From contig CM120648.1 in assembly GCA_051362555.1 (NCBI GenBank), positions 6,754,587 to 6,818,586 of the forward strand: DNA of 64,000 nt, read 5' to 3'. Numbering within the stretch: the stretch's first letter is position 1; the number at the start of each line of letters is the position of its first letter. The position numbers and the translations under genes are program-made. Positions 13,801 through 28,000 of the stretch are shown in pieces. The DNA is from Lingula anatina. Taxonomy: Eukaryota > Animalia > Brachiopoda. The notes below the pieces were generated by a model, which searched no databases, had not been told where the DNA came from, and worked only from the letters and a program-made list of their open reading frames with translations.

Positions 13801-16800
13801 AAATAGTGATATTTTTAACTTACCATTAACATATATATATCTTCTGAAAACTTCATGACAATATGTTATATTTAGAATAAAACAACAGTATTTTTTCAGT
13901 AACTTGCTATTCATGTCATAAAATATGTCTGCTTTTCAGAGAATTTTATTTACTGAAATTGTTCTATAATGCTTACAAATACTGACAACAATACATCTTT
14001 AAAAATTCAATTTAAAACCAATATCCTAAAACCACTGATACTGACATAAAGTGATTATTTTTGTCTTTCATAATACAAAGAAAATGGGTTACGACTTGCA
14101 TTGATTTCATACATAAAAATGTATTACATGGTCATTAAAGCTTGTAATACAGGAGAAAAAATATACAATAGTAGATACATTGTTTTTTTGTCTGAAAATC
14201 CACAGTATATTATTACCCTCTTACCAGGTCTACAGATTGATATTTCACTAGATATTCACAAATATGTCTCTGATTAATTGATGCCACCTTTCTGCATGCA
14301 TTAGAGAAAAGTTAGAGAAAAGTGCACATAATTAATCTGCGGTCCTGGTAGAGGATAGTATGTTATGCTCTGCACTTCAGATATTGCACCATTGATTGCA
14401 TAATTTAATTTTTTTTTTTTTTATTAAGAAACAATACTCAAAGACCCTGGTCACGTGAAATTAAAATTTCAAATACAAAATGAGGTTTTAAATAATTTTC
14501 TTTATATTGCTACCACAATCAGAACAAACATATGAATGAATAAATAAATAAATAAATTTAGATTTAAAAAAAACACGGTTTGTGTTGACTCTAACAAAAA
14601 AAAAAAAAAAAAAAAAATGAACCCCACATTTTACAACAATTATAAAAATAAAATCTAACATCTTATCTACAATTCAGAAATATTAGGATAAATCTTAACA
14701 ATATACATGTTCAAATGAATATAAATGATGTATTATTATGATACTTACAATAAATAAAGAGTCACTTGCATTTCCCTTTACCACATTATAAAGACAAGAA
14801 TATTCATAACACCAATTATCTCAGGTTATTATAGCAAATGTCTAAAAACATGATATATACTTGCATATTCTATCCCCAAATGTAACATCTATTCACAATT
14901 AAAAGAGAAAAATGCCTTATCAGTAAAACTTGAAAAAGTTAAACTAATGTAAATCACTACTTAAACGTTTATGACTAGTATCACCCATAAATGTCTCTTT
15001 TCACTTTTTCCGTACTTCCAGAAAGTCTCTGCTGTGTGGCAACCTCAGAGGATAAAAGTCCAACTCTTACTAATGCCTTTTCCTTCAGATCATCCCCTAA
15101 GTCTATAATATCTCTTGATCCATTTGTTCTTCCCCCTCCCCCTCCCCCTCCTCCTCTGGATCCAAAACTGTGTCCTCCATCTCCAAGAGAGGTGGTTGCA
15201 ATTCTTGAAATGGAAGCCTCTCCTCCATTTCGTCGACGAAAAGATTGTTGTCCAAAACTTCCTCCTCTTCTGGTGGTATTAATGTTGTTGGCGTGGTTGT
15301 TGTTGTTGTTGACATCTTGTTGTCCCCTTCGTATACTGTTACCACTAATGATGGCCCCATGAATGGAGCTAACTGTGTTGGGGCTACTGATGGGGGGCTC
15401 GTAAGGGGTGCTGGTGTTGTTGGTGGCTCCTCTTCTAAGTCCATGTTTCTGAGGTGGGCAGAGAGGAACAATAAGTTAACATGCACCTATGTAAAGTCAT
15501 CATATTCATCTTCCCAAAGTCACAAATGCAACTGATAAGTATTCTTTTAAAGACAAACTTATTCTACTGATTCAGTCATGTGTCATCCTAAATGCAGAGG
15601 ATGATATATAATTATTCTATAAGCCACCCATTAATAAAAAAAATCATGATTTTACATCTTATCACAACTGTTGTATAAATTAGGTAAAAAGGTGACATCA
15701 CTGTAAAATACAAAAACCAATAAAAAGTCTGCGACTGTCCCACTCCATCTCTTCTACAACCAGTAATGGTTTGCACCATGTTCACTCCATGTTAACGACA
15801 ACCAAATAATACCATAAAAATCTAAAATATAAAAGATTTTTTTCCTCCAATATAAATTGAAACGTGTTACCTTCTTCCATGCCCCCAGCACCAAATAATA
15901 ATTCCAGCACCACCTCACCACCTCCATGCAATTCTTGCCCTTGTCTTTCTACTCCATAGCTCACTTATAGGCAGTTACATCTCATGCTTTCCCTTGTGAA
16001 GGCAGCCATTTTTGTTTTGGTGGCCATTCTGGCTTTATAACTCAGCATTGCACAATTGTCATTCACGTTTGCTGCCTTAACCTTGACTGTTTTAATATAC
16101 ATGTAAGACCTTTGTCAAAAACAGTATGTCTTGGTAGGCAATACAATTTTTACCTCTGCTTCATTCAAACCGAATATCCTCATGCTATTATTCTTTGGGG
16201 TTATTTCTCACTCAAGGTGGCCATGAATGTCACTTTCATCTTTTTTCTTTTTGTTAGTTATTCTTAATATGGGTGAAATACGGTAATCACTATGGTTTTA
16301 AGATAACAATTACCGATATTCAAGGGTGAAACCTCTGCCCATATACCTCCCTGGAGTCCATGCAATATAAGTTCATGTGTCTCTAAGAATACATACCTCT
16401 TCTACATATTGAAACCTGGGTCTATATCAGTGACCCACAACTAAAGCTCTAGCAGGCTTTTTGTTCCCAAGGGACATTTTTGCCTTAAGAGTCTGCAGAA
16501 GGTGCTTTGGAGGTTTCTGAGTCTTAAGAGCTTTTAAAGCCTTAGAGAGAAAGGAAAGAAAACAAAAACCCCAAAATTAAAACTAAAGAAAAAAATAAAG
16601 TTTAATAAAGAAGTAAAGAATTAAGAGATTTAAAATGTGTTAATTTGATATTATAAATTCATTTTAGATTTGTGGAGACTGATAATTACACAGAAAACAA
16701 CATGGTTTGTGTCTTGCTACATTGTATGGTGCAGAAACGAAGGTGGGCCTTAAAACATCCTGAAAATCCTCTATATGGGGGGGGGGGGGGGGGGGGGGGG

Positions 16801-17261
16801 CAGGAGGAATAAATACAACAACCAAATACTCACATTTCTGGAAAATCCCAAAGACTTTCATCTCTAATAACTTGCAATACTTTGATTTTCGTCATAAACT
16901 GATTCCCACACCCACAGTTTACACGCATATAGCCCAACATGGCCCCCACTCACAGAACCCATTCACGACTTCCCACCATATTGACAAATTCTGTAAACCA
17001 ACCAATATCAGGGGTCTGACATATAAATTCCCACAAAAAAAATCATGTGGAGGATAAAACATTGACAAACCACACCTAAATTTCCAATATAACTTACAAC
17101 CTTCTTTCTTCCTGTAGGTTTTTTAAAAGGAACAATGGTATAATCAAGTACAACTAAGTCATTTCTCCTAGGTATGCTTGTATAAACTGACTTAAGTCAC
17201 ATTTAATACCCCTGCTTTGTGACGTATACAAAAAAAAAAAAAAAAAAACTCCTCTTTCTTC

Positions 17262-17299
<38 letters not shown>

Positions 17300-20200
17300 T
17301 TGTTGCATTTTTCATGAAAAAGAATACCAGTTAGCAACCTACACTACACAACAGACGTGCTCAACAAATATTGTGCCAAATTACACACTGAATACAATAT
17401 CATATTAAACTACCAATCCACTACATGTTTCCATTTGAAATGTAAAATGTAAAAATGTAACATCTTCTTTTGATCATCTCACCCAATATTTTGGCAAATT
17501 GTACATCATACCTATTATCTTAAATATTTCCTGTATCCATACAAACAAATCATAATTCAAAATTTTCAATTTTTAAGTAAAATAATACACTTTGGTCCAA
17601 GAAAATGAAAAACAGTGAATAGCAGTTTTCCAATTTGTTAGAGAGTTGTGCCAAAAAACACACACATAGTCACTTGTTCAAAGCTCTTTGGTCATGAAAA
17701 ACTAGGTTCAGACAGAACCTACCATGGCACCTACCTCCAGGTCTTTTTCTTGTTTCCACTTTGGAGGAAGCACCTGCTCTCTGACCTCAACTGGATTCTT
17801 TTCTACGCCTGAACATAAATGAAAACATTCACAGTACTTTGAATTAAAAATCAAGCCATGGTCTTTAATATTATACTACATTCTTTCTTGGTCTATCATG
17901 AAATTCAACTGATTTGGTTTATCATGAAATTCACCTGATATTTCAGGAAAAGTTCTAAACTATGAATTGCCAACTAGCCAATCTGAGTTTTGTTTTTCTT
18001 TTACATTTTATATTTATCAGAATGAAAGAATTCATTCAGTTTGATTCAATAGGTTCAAACTACCAACTACCAATCAATCTAGAATGGACAGAAAAATTGC
18101 ACTGTCTAAGCAAACAAAACTGAGGCTACATCTTGCTGGTAATCATGATAATCATATTAAAAGCCCTAAATCAAACATACCCATCTGTCCCATATTAAAG
18201 CTCATCTGGCCTTGACCTTGCCCAAGACCTTGACCTTGTCCCAGACCTTGAACTTGCTGGGCTGGCTTTGTGATTTGACCCATGGCAGCACCCATTCCTC
18301 CAAGTCTTTGCTGATTGAAGAAGGCATTAGCTTGGTTGCTATCAAACTGAAGCGCCCCCTGCTGTTGCTGTTGTTGGGCAGCCTGACCTGGCTGCTGATT
18401 GATTCCTACGAAAGCAAAAGATGGCAGCACATATCAAGAGATGCAACTATTTGCTATGAAGTGGTTTTTGTGTGGTAACACAGATTACAGTGTTACTGAA
18501 TAGGAGGGTTTAAGACAGTATTTAATGGTCAATGACAGAAACAAGATAATGGTGGAACCATTTTTAAAACAACGATTTCTATGTTAGGGTTAAAAATGGA
18601 ACTTATGTACTGTAAAAACCTCAACCTACATATGGATTGCAAAATTAAAGGGCAAATATACAGACAGAGTCAAACAGAGTCATAAAGTTTTGGGCTGGTT
18701 GATAACAGACATCTTTAAAAAAAGAAAATAAAAGCAAACTGAATTTTATTTTTATCAACAACTACCACCAATTTAAATGTTAGTACTTCCATACCAAAGT
18801 CAATTATACTTCACAAAAACAGTCATAAAACAAAAGCAGAATAAAAAGAGGAGGGAAATGAATCTGTTTACCTGGTTGCTGTGGATTAAAAATAGGATTT
18901 GGGTTAAAAACTGGCACTTGCTGTTGTTGTTGGTTCAAACCTTGTTGTTGATTCAAACCTTGTTGTTGGTTAAAACCTTGTTGCTGTTGGTTAAATTGTT
19001 GTTGCAGGTTCAAGTTAGCAGGTTGCTGTTGCTGATTTAAGCCAAGTTGCTGCTGCTGTTGTTGCTGGTTAGTATTCAGTTGAAATGAATTGATACCTTG
19101 CTGGACATTGCCTGGTTGTTGTTGTTGCTGCTGCTGCTGCTGTCCTTGCTGCTGCTGAAAAGGAAAAAAAACACATTTTAACTACAGACACAAATCTGGG
19201 TTGTAAAGAAAAATATTGGAAGGAATGGTTCAGTAATGACTGGGGGTCTGAGACATGATAATTGAGCAAGAGCTGATTAAAAAGTTCAAACAGCTGTCAC
19301 TTTTATGCAGACTTCATATTGAAACAGAAAAAGCAGAGCAAAGTATTATTACCATAAGTAAAAGGCTAGACAGCTCATAGAAGTCTTAGAATTATAATAG
19401 ACAAGTGTTATATAGGCCACATGCAGCAAAACACTTGTTGGGTTAAGGGTGCAACAAAATGCAGTGGTTGTGCATTAAAGAATGAACAGAGAAATAAGCA
19501 GACCAAAGAACCACATGCTGTATACCATTATGATCTTGAACTTTCAATACAAAGTGTATTGTGATGATAGCCCAGCTTGCATATCGTTATTTCAGTGCAC
19601 AAAAGCAAACACATAAACAAATAGAAAAACAACAGTTCACAACTCTTCAAAACAAGTGATTTCTTGCAGAGGCCTAGGCCCCTTTTTTATTTCCAGACCT
19701 GTTGCTGTGCCGCTTGTTGTTGTGCCGCTTGTGGCTGTTGGGTTTGCTGCAACTGTTGTTGTAGTTGTTGTTGTAACTGTTGTTGCTGCTGCAATTGCTG
19801 CTGCTGTTCAGAGACTTGCCGTTGTAAGGTTACAGTAAGGTTATTCTTGGTTTGTATCTCAGTCTGAGCATTCATACAACATTGAAAACAACACTGTTAG
19901 AACAGGCTAGGTGTGAAAACAGAACATAAACAGATGGGCTTTGGGATTTTCATAAATATATTAAACCGTCTACAAAGATTTATACTCCATGTAATAATTT
20001 AATTTATAGAAGAATGTAATTTCCAAACAATAAACAACATGAATTATTGCAAATAAGATGAGACATAATAATTGATATACAAACTGATAGCACAGTAATA
20101 AATTTCATAAATCAATTACAGTATATGCAATTTAAACAACATCAATGATAAAATGATATGCCAAAGCTCCACCTATAGGAAGAACAAATCACCATAAAGC

Positions 20201-23200
20201 AAATGAACTAATGAAAGCAACTAGAAAGTAGTGTGAATGCAGAAAATTACTGTTAAATAAAGGAAAACAAAACCACAGTGCCACATAAGAAAAACACATT
20301 CTGCCCCATTCATGATTGTGATCGATATTTCTAGCAAAATCATGGTCCATCAATTAAAATTTAAAAGACATCACATAGGAAACAGTCTTCATAATTCCAG
20401 AATTATTAGACTTCAAATTAACATCTGTGTGAATACAACCAGCTCTGTCTCACTAACGAGACGAAGCCCCATAAATCATTCAGACAATAAATAACTCGGC
20501 AATCGGGAAACCTAATTGCTACAGCATTAAAATTCTGTAACCATCAGAATTGCATCATCCTTTGTCAATTTACATTTTTGCACAGGTGTTTCCGAGTAAT
20601 TTGCCATTACTTGCAGAACTGAGCATTAACAATAAATGTACAGTGAAAATATTTTGATGAACTAATGGCCAATTTTTTTCAATGTGAGTTCAAACAGAAA
20701 AAGAAATATTTGTTTATTGTTTGAAACCCTCTCAAATCATAATCAAATCATTCTGTTCTGAAAAAGGAAAAGTCTGAAAATATCTTGCTACTTGAAAATT
20801 AAAAAAAGACACCTTAAAAGGAAAGGATCCACTTACTAATAGTTTACTAGGATGAGAGATTACACCCCAGCTTATCTTGAATGTGCAGAATTCTGTCCAT
20901 CACCTTTAACCAACTTTTTGTAAGAAATATTACCACAGAACATCACAAGGGAATTTCAAATTGAGTGAATTGTAATTAGACTAGTACAGGACTTCTCAGG
21001 TCCTATGACAGCATCCTATACCTGTACCTCTGTCTTCAGAACTTAAACAACATTTTAAATGCTTTACTGATCCCAGCCATTATACCATCCTCATAACTTT
21101 AACTGATTAGTATGGTGAAAATACGTGAGGATGATGGCAAAAAATAAAGATGAAGTCACAGCACCTGCAACTGATAAACCTGTGCCTGCAACTTGTTATT
21201 GTCTGCCTGCACTTGCTGCAGTTGGGTCTGTTAAAAACATAAAAGTCATAAAGCCATAAAAACAAAGTTAACACACTTAATGACTAATTTATGTAAACAG
21301 CTGAAAATTGTAAAAGACATATTGGTAGATAAAATGTGTTAAAATAAGCAGAACAAAACAGTACAAACAAAAGAAACTTATCTAAAAAGTCAGTTAGGGG
21401 CTATTTTACTAATGCTAGTTGCTTATTCCACACAACCAACTGCATGCTACAGTTTGAAATAAAATGGCACTTCCTGCTTCTCTGTCTATTAACATAAAGA
21501 ATTTTAAACTATTTTTTCTTGAAATACTAGCCCTACTGATTAGCCAACTGATTAACTCAACAAAGAAACCAATTTTCAACTCAGCACTGAATGAATCAAA
21601 CATGCGCCCCCCCTCCCCCCAAGAAAAAAATGTTTAAAATTAAAACAGCAATCTCAAAGGAGTAAACTGAATGTGAGCACGAACACAAAATTAATTAACA
21701 CACAATACAGTGGTATAAACTGCTCCTGGTCACTGCATATGGGTGTGGTCATTGTGTTAGTTGTGACAACACAATCACAACCAACATCACTGTGATGATG
21801 TGGTAAAGGGCCATTTCCACTGGAACTAGTTTAACCTTCCTTAGTATGACCCATTTCTGCTGGCTATAAATTGCAATACCCTTACCAAAGGCAAGAGAGT
21901 TACCTAAAATTACAGGGATTAGTGAGCTAATCTTAATTAGACATATATTAGACATTACAGGAGCAGTACAGAGACATTGCACTTGGGGCAGCAGAGGGAG
22001 TGGCCTCTTATGGTGGCCTTATCATAATCAGGTAGCCTGCTGAGATGGATTACACACAGTAAGGCTGATCCATGTCCAATGGAAACATTCCTTCATTCGC
22101 TTGAGACTTAGTTTTACCTGTAAATTATTCTGCTGTTGATTACCAGCCGATAGTGCCAGCTGTATTCTCTCTTTTTCTCTCTTCAAGTCTGCTATTTGGT
22201 CTGAAAAAAATTTAAAAACTGTATGTCAACTTCCTAAAATAATAATAATGTACTAATTCACTCATTTCATTTGTGCTCCTTCCTATAAAACTTGCATGGA
22301 GATAAGATATTATTTACGCATTTACAATTTAACACTTTTCCAGTTGCTTGTTAGGAAACTTCTTCATCACAAAAATTTTGTAATTACTTCAACTTAGTTT
22401 AGTAAGAATTTATATTTACTTGTACCATTTAATGCATTCTCATCCGTATAAGGGCTGTTTGCGTGTGTATGTTTGCATATGTTCTAATGCGTTTGTACGT
22501 GTGTGCTTATGACTGCACATGCATGATTAACCCAACAACTTATCTCAGCCTAATAAACTGATACTGAAGTTACCTTTAAGCTGTGCAATTTCCAGATCTT
22601 TCTCCTGTCTCAGCTGTTGGAACTCCTGATTATGCTGCTCTGTGAGCTGTTTGTGGTCTTCCTCCTGCTTGGTTCTCTCGCTTTGTTGTCTCTGGTACTG
22701 GGACTGGAGGTCTTCATGTTGACCCTGCCAAATATGACGTCATTGTTATTATACCTAAGGCTAACACAGTGGTTGGGCAATCTCCTCGAGAATTTCATTT
22801 CTTATGAGACTATGTTAAACACAGTCGTATTTATCAGAATTGTTTGCATAGCTATATAGTTGAAATCAATTCAGAATTGAACAGATCTGTAAAGGCCAAC
22901 AGTTAATTGGAAAATGACCCTTTTTTCTAGAGGGCATTAGGCTTTAAAATCAACTTCCACCTTAAGCAAAAAAAGTTTCACTTGTCAACAGCTATAGCAA
23001 AATTCCCTGAGATTTACCAGCCAATATTTCATCTGGTATCAGTCAAACTTCTTCTGAGGGCTATGACACCCCTAAGGCTATCATTCCTCTGGTGTGCTGG
23101 TTTTGTCAAGTGTCCCCCCCCCCCTCCCCCCAATTTTTCATTAGCTAATATACATATGAAAGTTTATTTGTTTTATTAAAAATGCATGGCTAATGAAACC

Positions 23201-23979
23201 GTTCCAGGCTTCCAGCTTTCACCTTCAAATAGTTAACCCCAAGTTTTACTGACCTGCAACAGTCTAAGTTGTTGGTTTGTGGAATCAAACTTATTCTGGA
23301 GCTCCTGGAGCTCCTTTGCATGCTTCTGGTCTGCTTCATATTTTTTGGCTTCAATTTCTGTAAAAGGATGAATGAAAATATATTACTTTGGCAAAGAAGT
23401 AAATAACCTATCTAATACACATAAGTATCGAATAGATTGTGCAATTTCAAGAGAATACACATTGTAAAAGACAAAATTAACCACTCATTGCCGACAAAGT
23501 AATTACTATGCTTTAATGTTAAGTTGCACAGCATTTGGCACTTGTAAGTTATCTTGACCTACCTTCTTTTTCTTGTTTGTGAGCAGTTTTCACTTGTTCT
23601 AGAGATCTTTCAAGGCGGCTTTTATGTTCAAATACAACTGGAAAGAGAAAAGATAAATGTGTTATTTCAACAATAAAACACACTAAATTATGCATCTTGG
23701 CAAAGTGTTACAAAATTCCACAGATTCAGAAGAGTAATTTAATTATTATTGTTTCATATCCTCTGAATTTCGAAAAGGTAAAGAGTAGTATAATTTTTAA
23801 GCATTTGAGAATGCATAAACGCACTGGCAGTTTTTTATCACACAGTATGCATCATACATATGCATCATACATTTTGAAGAGGAGATGGCCGTCAACGTGC
23901 TGGCACTCTCTTCTTGGCTACCCAGCTACATGTACTTTCCTTATTGCAAGTTCAAAATGTACAAGGTATACGATCGAGT

Positions 23980-24010
<31 letters not shown>

Positions 24011-24278
24011 GAGGGAGGGGGGGGGTCATGGTATGTTTACCAAACGATACGATCTCCAGCACTAAAGTTAATCATATATTCCATTTGCAATAACGTTGCC
24101 ACTTACCCTGCAGCTGCGCCGACACCGACTCGTGCTGTGATCTATACTTGCTCAGTTCTTTCTCAGTTTGCTGCAGTCGGCCCTGGAGATCACTGTATAA
24201 ATAAAATCCGTACAGGCCTAAAACTCCGACCGCCACGTAGATGATAATTTTCACAACACTTCCACTCCTCCTAGACAT
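10832..24278 (-). CDS. GOLIM4: Golgi integral membrane protein 4-like (GPP130), type II membrane protein, ~719 aa
   Basis: Exons 24278-24107, 23637-23563, 23357-23254, 22724-22574, 22200-22118, 21227-21165, 19863-19699, 19154-18872, 18405-18181, 17808-17735, 13097-13063, 12754-12714, 12383-12328, 12123-11677, 11325-11226, 10917-10832 (TAG); total 2160 nt in frame. N-terminal TM followed by ESVSAQLQVVFEHKSRLERSL, matching the GOLIM4 signature ESLSAQLQVVYEHRSRLEKSL; coiled coil, polyQ region, acidic tail. Some internal boundaries (21165, 17735) are uncertain. Confidence 0.85.
14981..15448 (-). other. Candidate alternative terminal exon of GOLIM4-like gene, open in two frames
   Basis: Acceptor ctctgcccacctcag| at 15449. 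Phase-0 frame is open for 155 codons to TGA 14983-14981; phase-2 frame is open to TAG 15105-15103. Coding-like composition inside an AT-rich intron. Confidence 0.5.
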
Positions 24279-25063
24279 CTTTTCTTTCGTCTCAGGTCGT
24301 GCAAATTCCAGTCTGGCGTGTTCAAATCAGTGCATCTTTAAGTTAACTTAGGTTGTCAACATTCAATGATTAAGACGTGGCTGGCGCTGGGCATTGTGGG
24401 ACTGCAGGTAACAGGAAATTTGACTAACCACCGATGCTGCAGACTAAATTGGTATAATTAAAATAAAACTTAAGCGTTTTTGTATAATCATAATGCATTT
24501 TAAATGGCTACAGTCACTTATATCAAAATTTGTAGTTTTATTTCAATTTGTTAACTTAATAAAAGTTAACTTTACGACTTGGTTAATGTTCTTATCGTTA
24601 ACGTCCAAAAACACTGCGTTTTCTTACGTTAAGCATGGACATAATAAGAGAAGGAAAGGGTAATTCACCTTAGCAGTTCTTATATCTGACTTTGTCAAGA
24701 TGCATTGGGAAAAAAACCTTCTATGAAGTCAGATATTTAAAAAAAAAAAAAAAAAAAACACACTTCCTAGTTGCCACGTTAGGACGAGGTAAACACGAGC
24801 GCTCGTGCTCACGTTGAAGCCGGAAGTTTACGCTGCGGGGTCACCAAGAGGTCACATTGTAGTCTTGCTGTTATCAGTCATCAAATTATATTATCAAATC
24901 TGCAACACGACCTTCGCTTTGAAAATCATGTGATAGGGGAGGTTGGACAAGACGCGTTGATCCTAACTTATAGTCCGAACATATTCCAGCGTCAAGAGGA
25001 CTACTGAACTATAAGAAAGTTGAAGACTGGGAAAGTTGGGATCGTCGGTAAACAACAAGCGCG
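24279..25063. promoter_or_regulatory. Divergent (bidirectional) promoter region between GOLIM4 and SLC35F6
   Basis: 785 bp between oppositely oriented ATGs; CpG-containing; ZNF143/Staf-like TCCCACAATGCCCAGCG (minus, 24385-24401) and ETS core CCGGAAGT (24820-24827). Confidence 0.6.
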
Positions 25064-28000
25064 ATGGCTTGGACATGTTACCAGATTTGTCTGGCGGTGC
25101 TGATGTTTGTCAGCGGAACGATAAACACGTTATCCACAAAGTACGTATTTGTACGTTGATAATATTGGTTTGTTCCGTACAGAAGGTTTTGTGTTAACAT
25201 TTGATTACTTTAGTGGATTACTTGTACAACAATAAGTTAGCAATGCCGTTTTATGTGTACAATCACACAGATTGTACCAGTACCAAAAGCACTCTTTAGT
25301 TTACTGCGCAAAAAACATTGAGCTGTATCAATCCAGTTTCAGCATCTACATGTTTTTAGCTCTTGGTATACCGCTACATACAGTTATGAAGAGAAAAAAA
25401 GGTTCTATTCCTGTATATTTGCAGTTTCTTAATTGGTCACAACTGAAATAAAAATTTAAAGGGCAACTACATCAGATTTGATTTTCGGGGGGGGGGGGGG
25501 GCATTTTTTCGGACTCACAAATTATTTATCTTTCCCAATCTCCACCGACCTTTAATTGAATATATACAGGTTGATTTAGTTTAAAATGACTGGCCAGTCA
25601 TTATAACCAATGACCAACTACCTAATAAGTTTCAATTGGAAATATCAACAACCAGAAAAAATATTTAAGGGGCCAAGGTGTATGTTAGGTTTTATTAGAA
25701 GCCGTGGATAGCAAAACTAAGCATTTGGGGGATTTTGAAACCCATGGAGTGTAACTTTAAAGTTGTGGTTACTAGTAAAAACCATACAATTATAACATGT
25801 AGTCATGTCTTCTCTGCTGCACATATTGCTATGATGGCTGAGTTTTCCAGGAAGTTTACTGAACTGATAGCATTTTACAGATGATTTCATTCATCCCGTT
25901 TGTCTCAATGGATACATTGTCATTCTGTTTGAAATGAAAGCAGAAGAGGGAAGTTAGTTTTGGCAATCCACTGAAAAGTGACTAAGTGTATGCCAATGTT
26001 GCCATGATCATTTTCCAATCTTTTGTTTCCTTAAGTTCTTTGTGGCAAGTTTTACCCAGGAAGAAAGGAGGGGAGGGGGGGCATCCATAATATCCCCTTG
26101 CTTTAATGACTATAAGATATTTTTGGATGCCTGTCCTAGATAGATATCAGTAGATAAATATAAAATATAGTTGCCATAATTAGAATAATTATTCATAGCA
26201 TTATTATATATATAAAAACAGTGATAAAGATGCACATATATTACAAAATCAATCTATAAAAGGCTCTGTTTTGCCCACACAGTACTTTGCCCTAGTCTAT
26301 ATGGACTCCTTCATAATATGAAGTACACATTAGTGACAATTTGTGGAATTAACCATGTGATGCTCTAACACCCCATTTCCATAGATTAGATCGACCTACT
26401 TTAGATCGACCTAACTCCCTGGGGGTTCACGCTAAATAGCTGTCAGTCGGGCGGACACGAAAGTTAATTACCCCCTTACAGCTTGTAGTAGACGGGACGG
26501 ACATTTAAGTCGGATTATCTGAAAGTAATCTAGTGAGACTCCCCGCGGGGATAGATCGATCTAAAATCTATGGGAATAGAGCCTAAGGTTGATTCCTACA
26601 TAATGGAGCCCAAAGACTGATAAGATTTTATTACAAAGCCTCAGTGCTAACTGTTGTTATAGCTCATTGTAGTCAGCATTGAAATAAAGTGTATTCACTT
26701 GAGAGATGTTAATTGTGTACTTAACAAATACTTTTAAATTTAATGATTTACAATGAAGATTCAGTGGATGACATGACTTGATGTGCATTTATGAAAACAA
26801 TGAATATATTCCCTGGAAACCGTGATTTTATTTTTAAAAATAAAGGAAAAATATTCAGATTGTGAACAACAAATATTCAAGATTTTAATCTATAATACTA
26901 AAATATTCACTTGATGTACGTACCAACAATGTCACTTCTTTGAAATGATGGAATATTGATATCAATTTTCCATTTCCCTCCACATTGATAGCATTGTTTA
27001 CATACTAGTACATCTGATTTTCACTTCTGATAGATTAGACAGATTATTCTAATTGTTTATTTATTTATTTATTTATTTATTATTCATGTAAGTTTCTGTT
27101 GCTTCGCAGATTGTGCTTTTATGATTCAGAACTCAATATATGACTGAAGTCTATAAATAGTAACCTTGGAAACCTGAACAGTTTTTTTTTAATTTAAATA
27201 TGTTTATATGTCTGTATTTCCAGATGGGCAGACAAAACATCTTCATTGGATTCCACAGGACATATGAGACCATTTGACCATCCATTTTTACAGGTACCAC
27301 TTAGTGTTTAATATTAACAATGGAGTAAGATATGGAAATAATGTATAGTGATATTGTGAAAAAATGACTTAGAGTAAAGCATGCCAGCCTACTGTCAATT
27401 GATGTAAATCAACACAACTATATCTATATTTTCAGTTGTTTTAAATGTGTTTATAAGAAAGTCAACAGATATGTATTGAAACTAAAATACTAAATTCCTA
27501 CAAATTTCATCTCTGACTTCAGGCAGTTGGTATGTTCTTAGGAGAGCTTTCCTGTCTGTTTGTATTCCACATCATACGACTGGTGAACAAAGTTCGTGAT
27601 AAACCCATGGAACTCGGCAACCAGAATTTCAACCCCTTGATATTTCTCCCGCCGGCACTCTGCGACATGTGTGGCACGTCCATCATGTACCTGGGGTTGA
27701 ATTTGACCTACGCCTCTAGTTTCCAGATGTTAAGAGGTAATTATATAAAGTAGAGAGCTTCCTGCAACAGCTAGCTGTTTACTGGTTAGATGGGCATGGG
27801 TCAGTCCTCCCTTTTTTGCCCCCACCCCTCACCCCCACCCCACTCAACTCCCCTCCACCTCTCTCAATATTTCAAAACAAAAAGGTTGACCTAGAATGAA
27901 ATAAAAATTTGTATACAGAACAGTGTTTTAAAAAGACTAAAAACGTAAACAAATATTATTTTTAATGGCTATGTTTTTAAAATAGCCCAGCCTATTTTCA

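Noticed and set aside
19664-19867. Cys-rich, metallothionein-looking ORF (CCCAACCC...)
   Set aside because: Antisense shadow of the CAA/CAG polyQ exon of GOLIM4.
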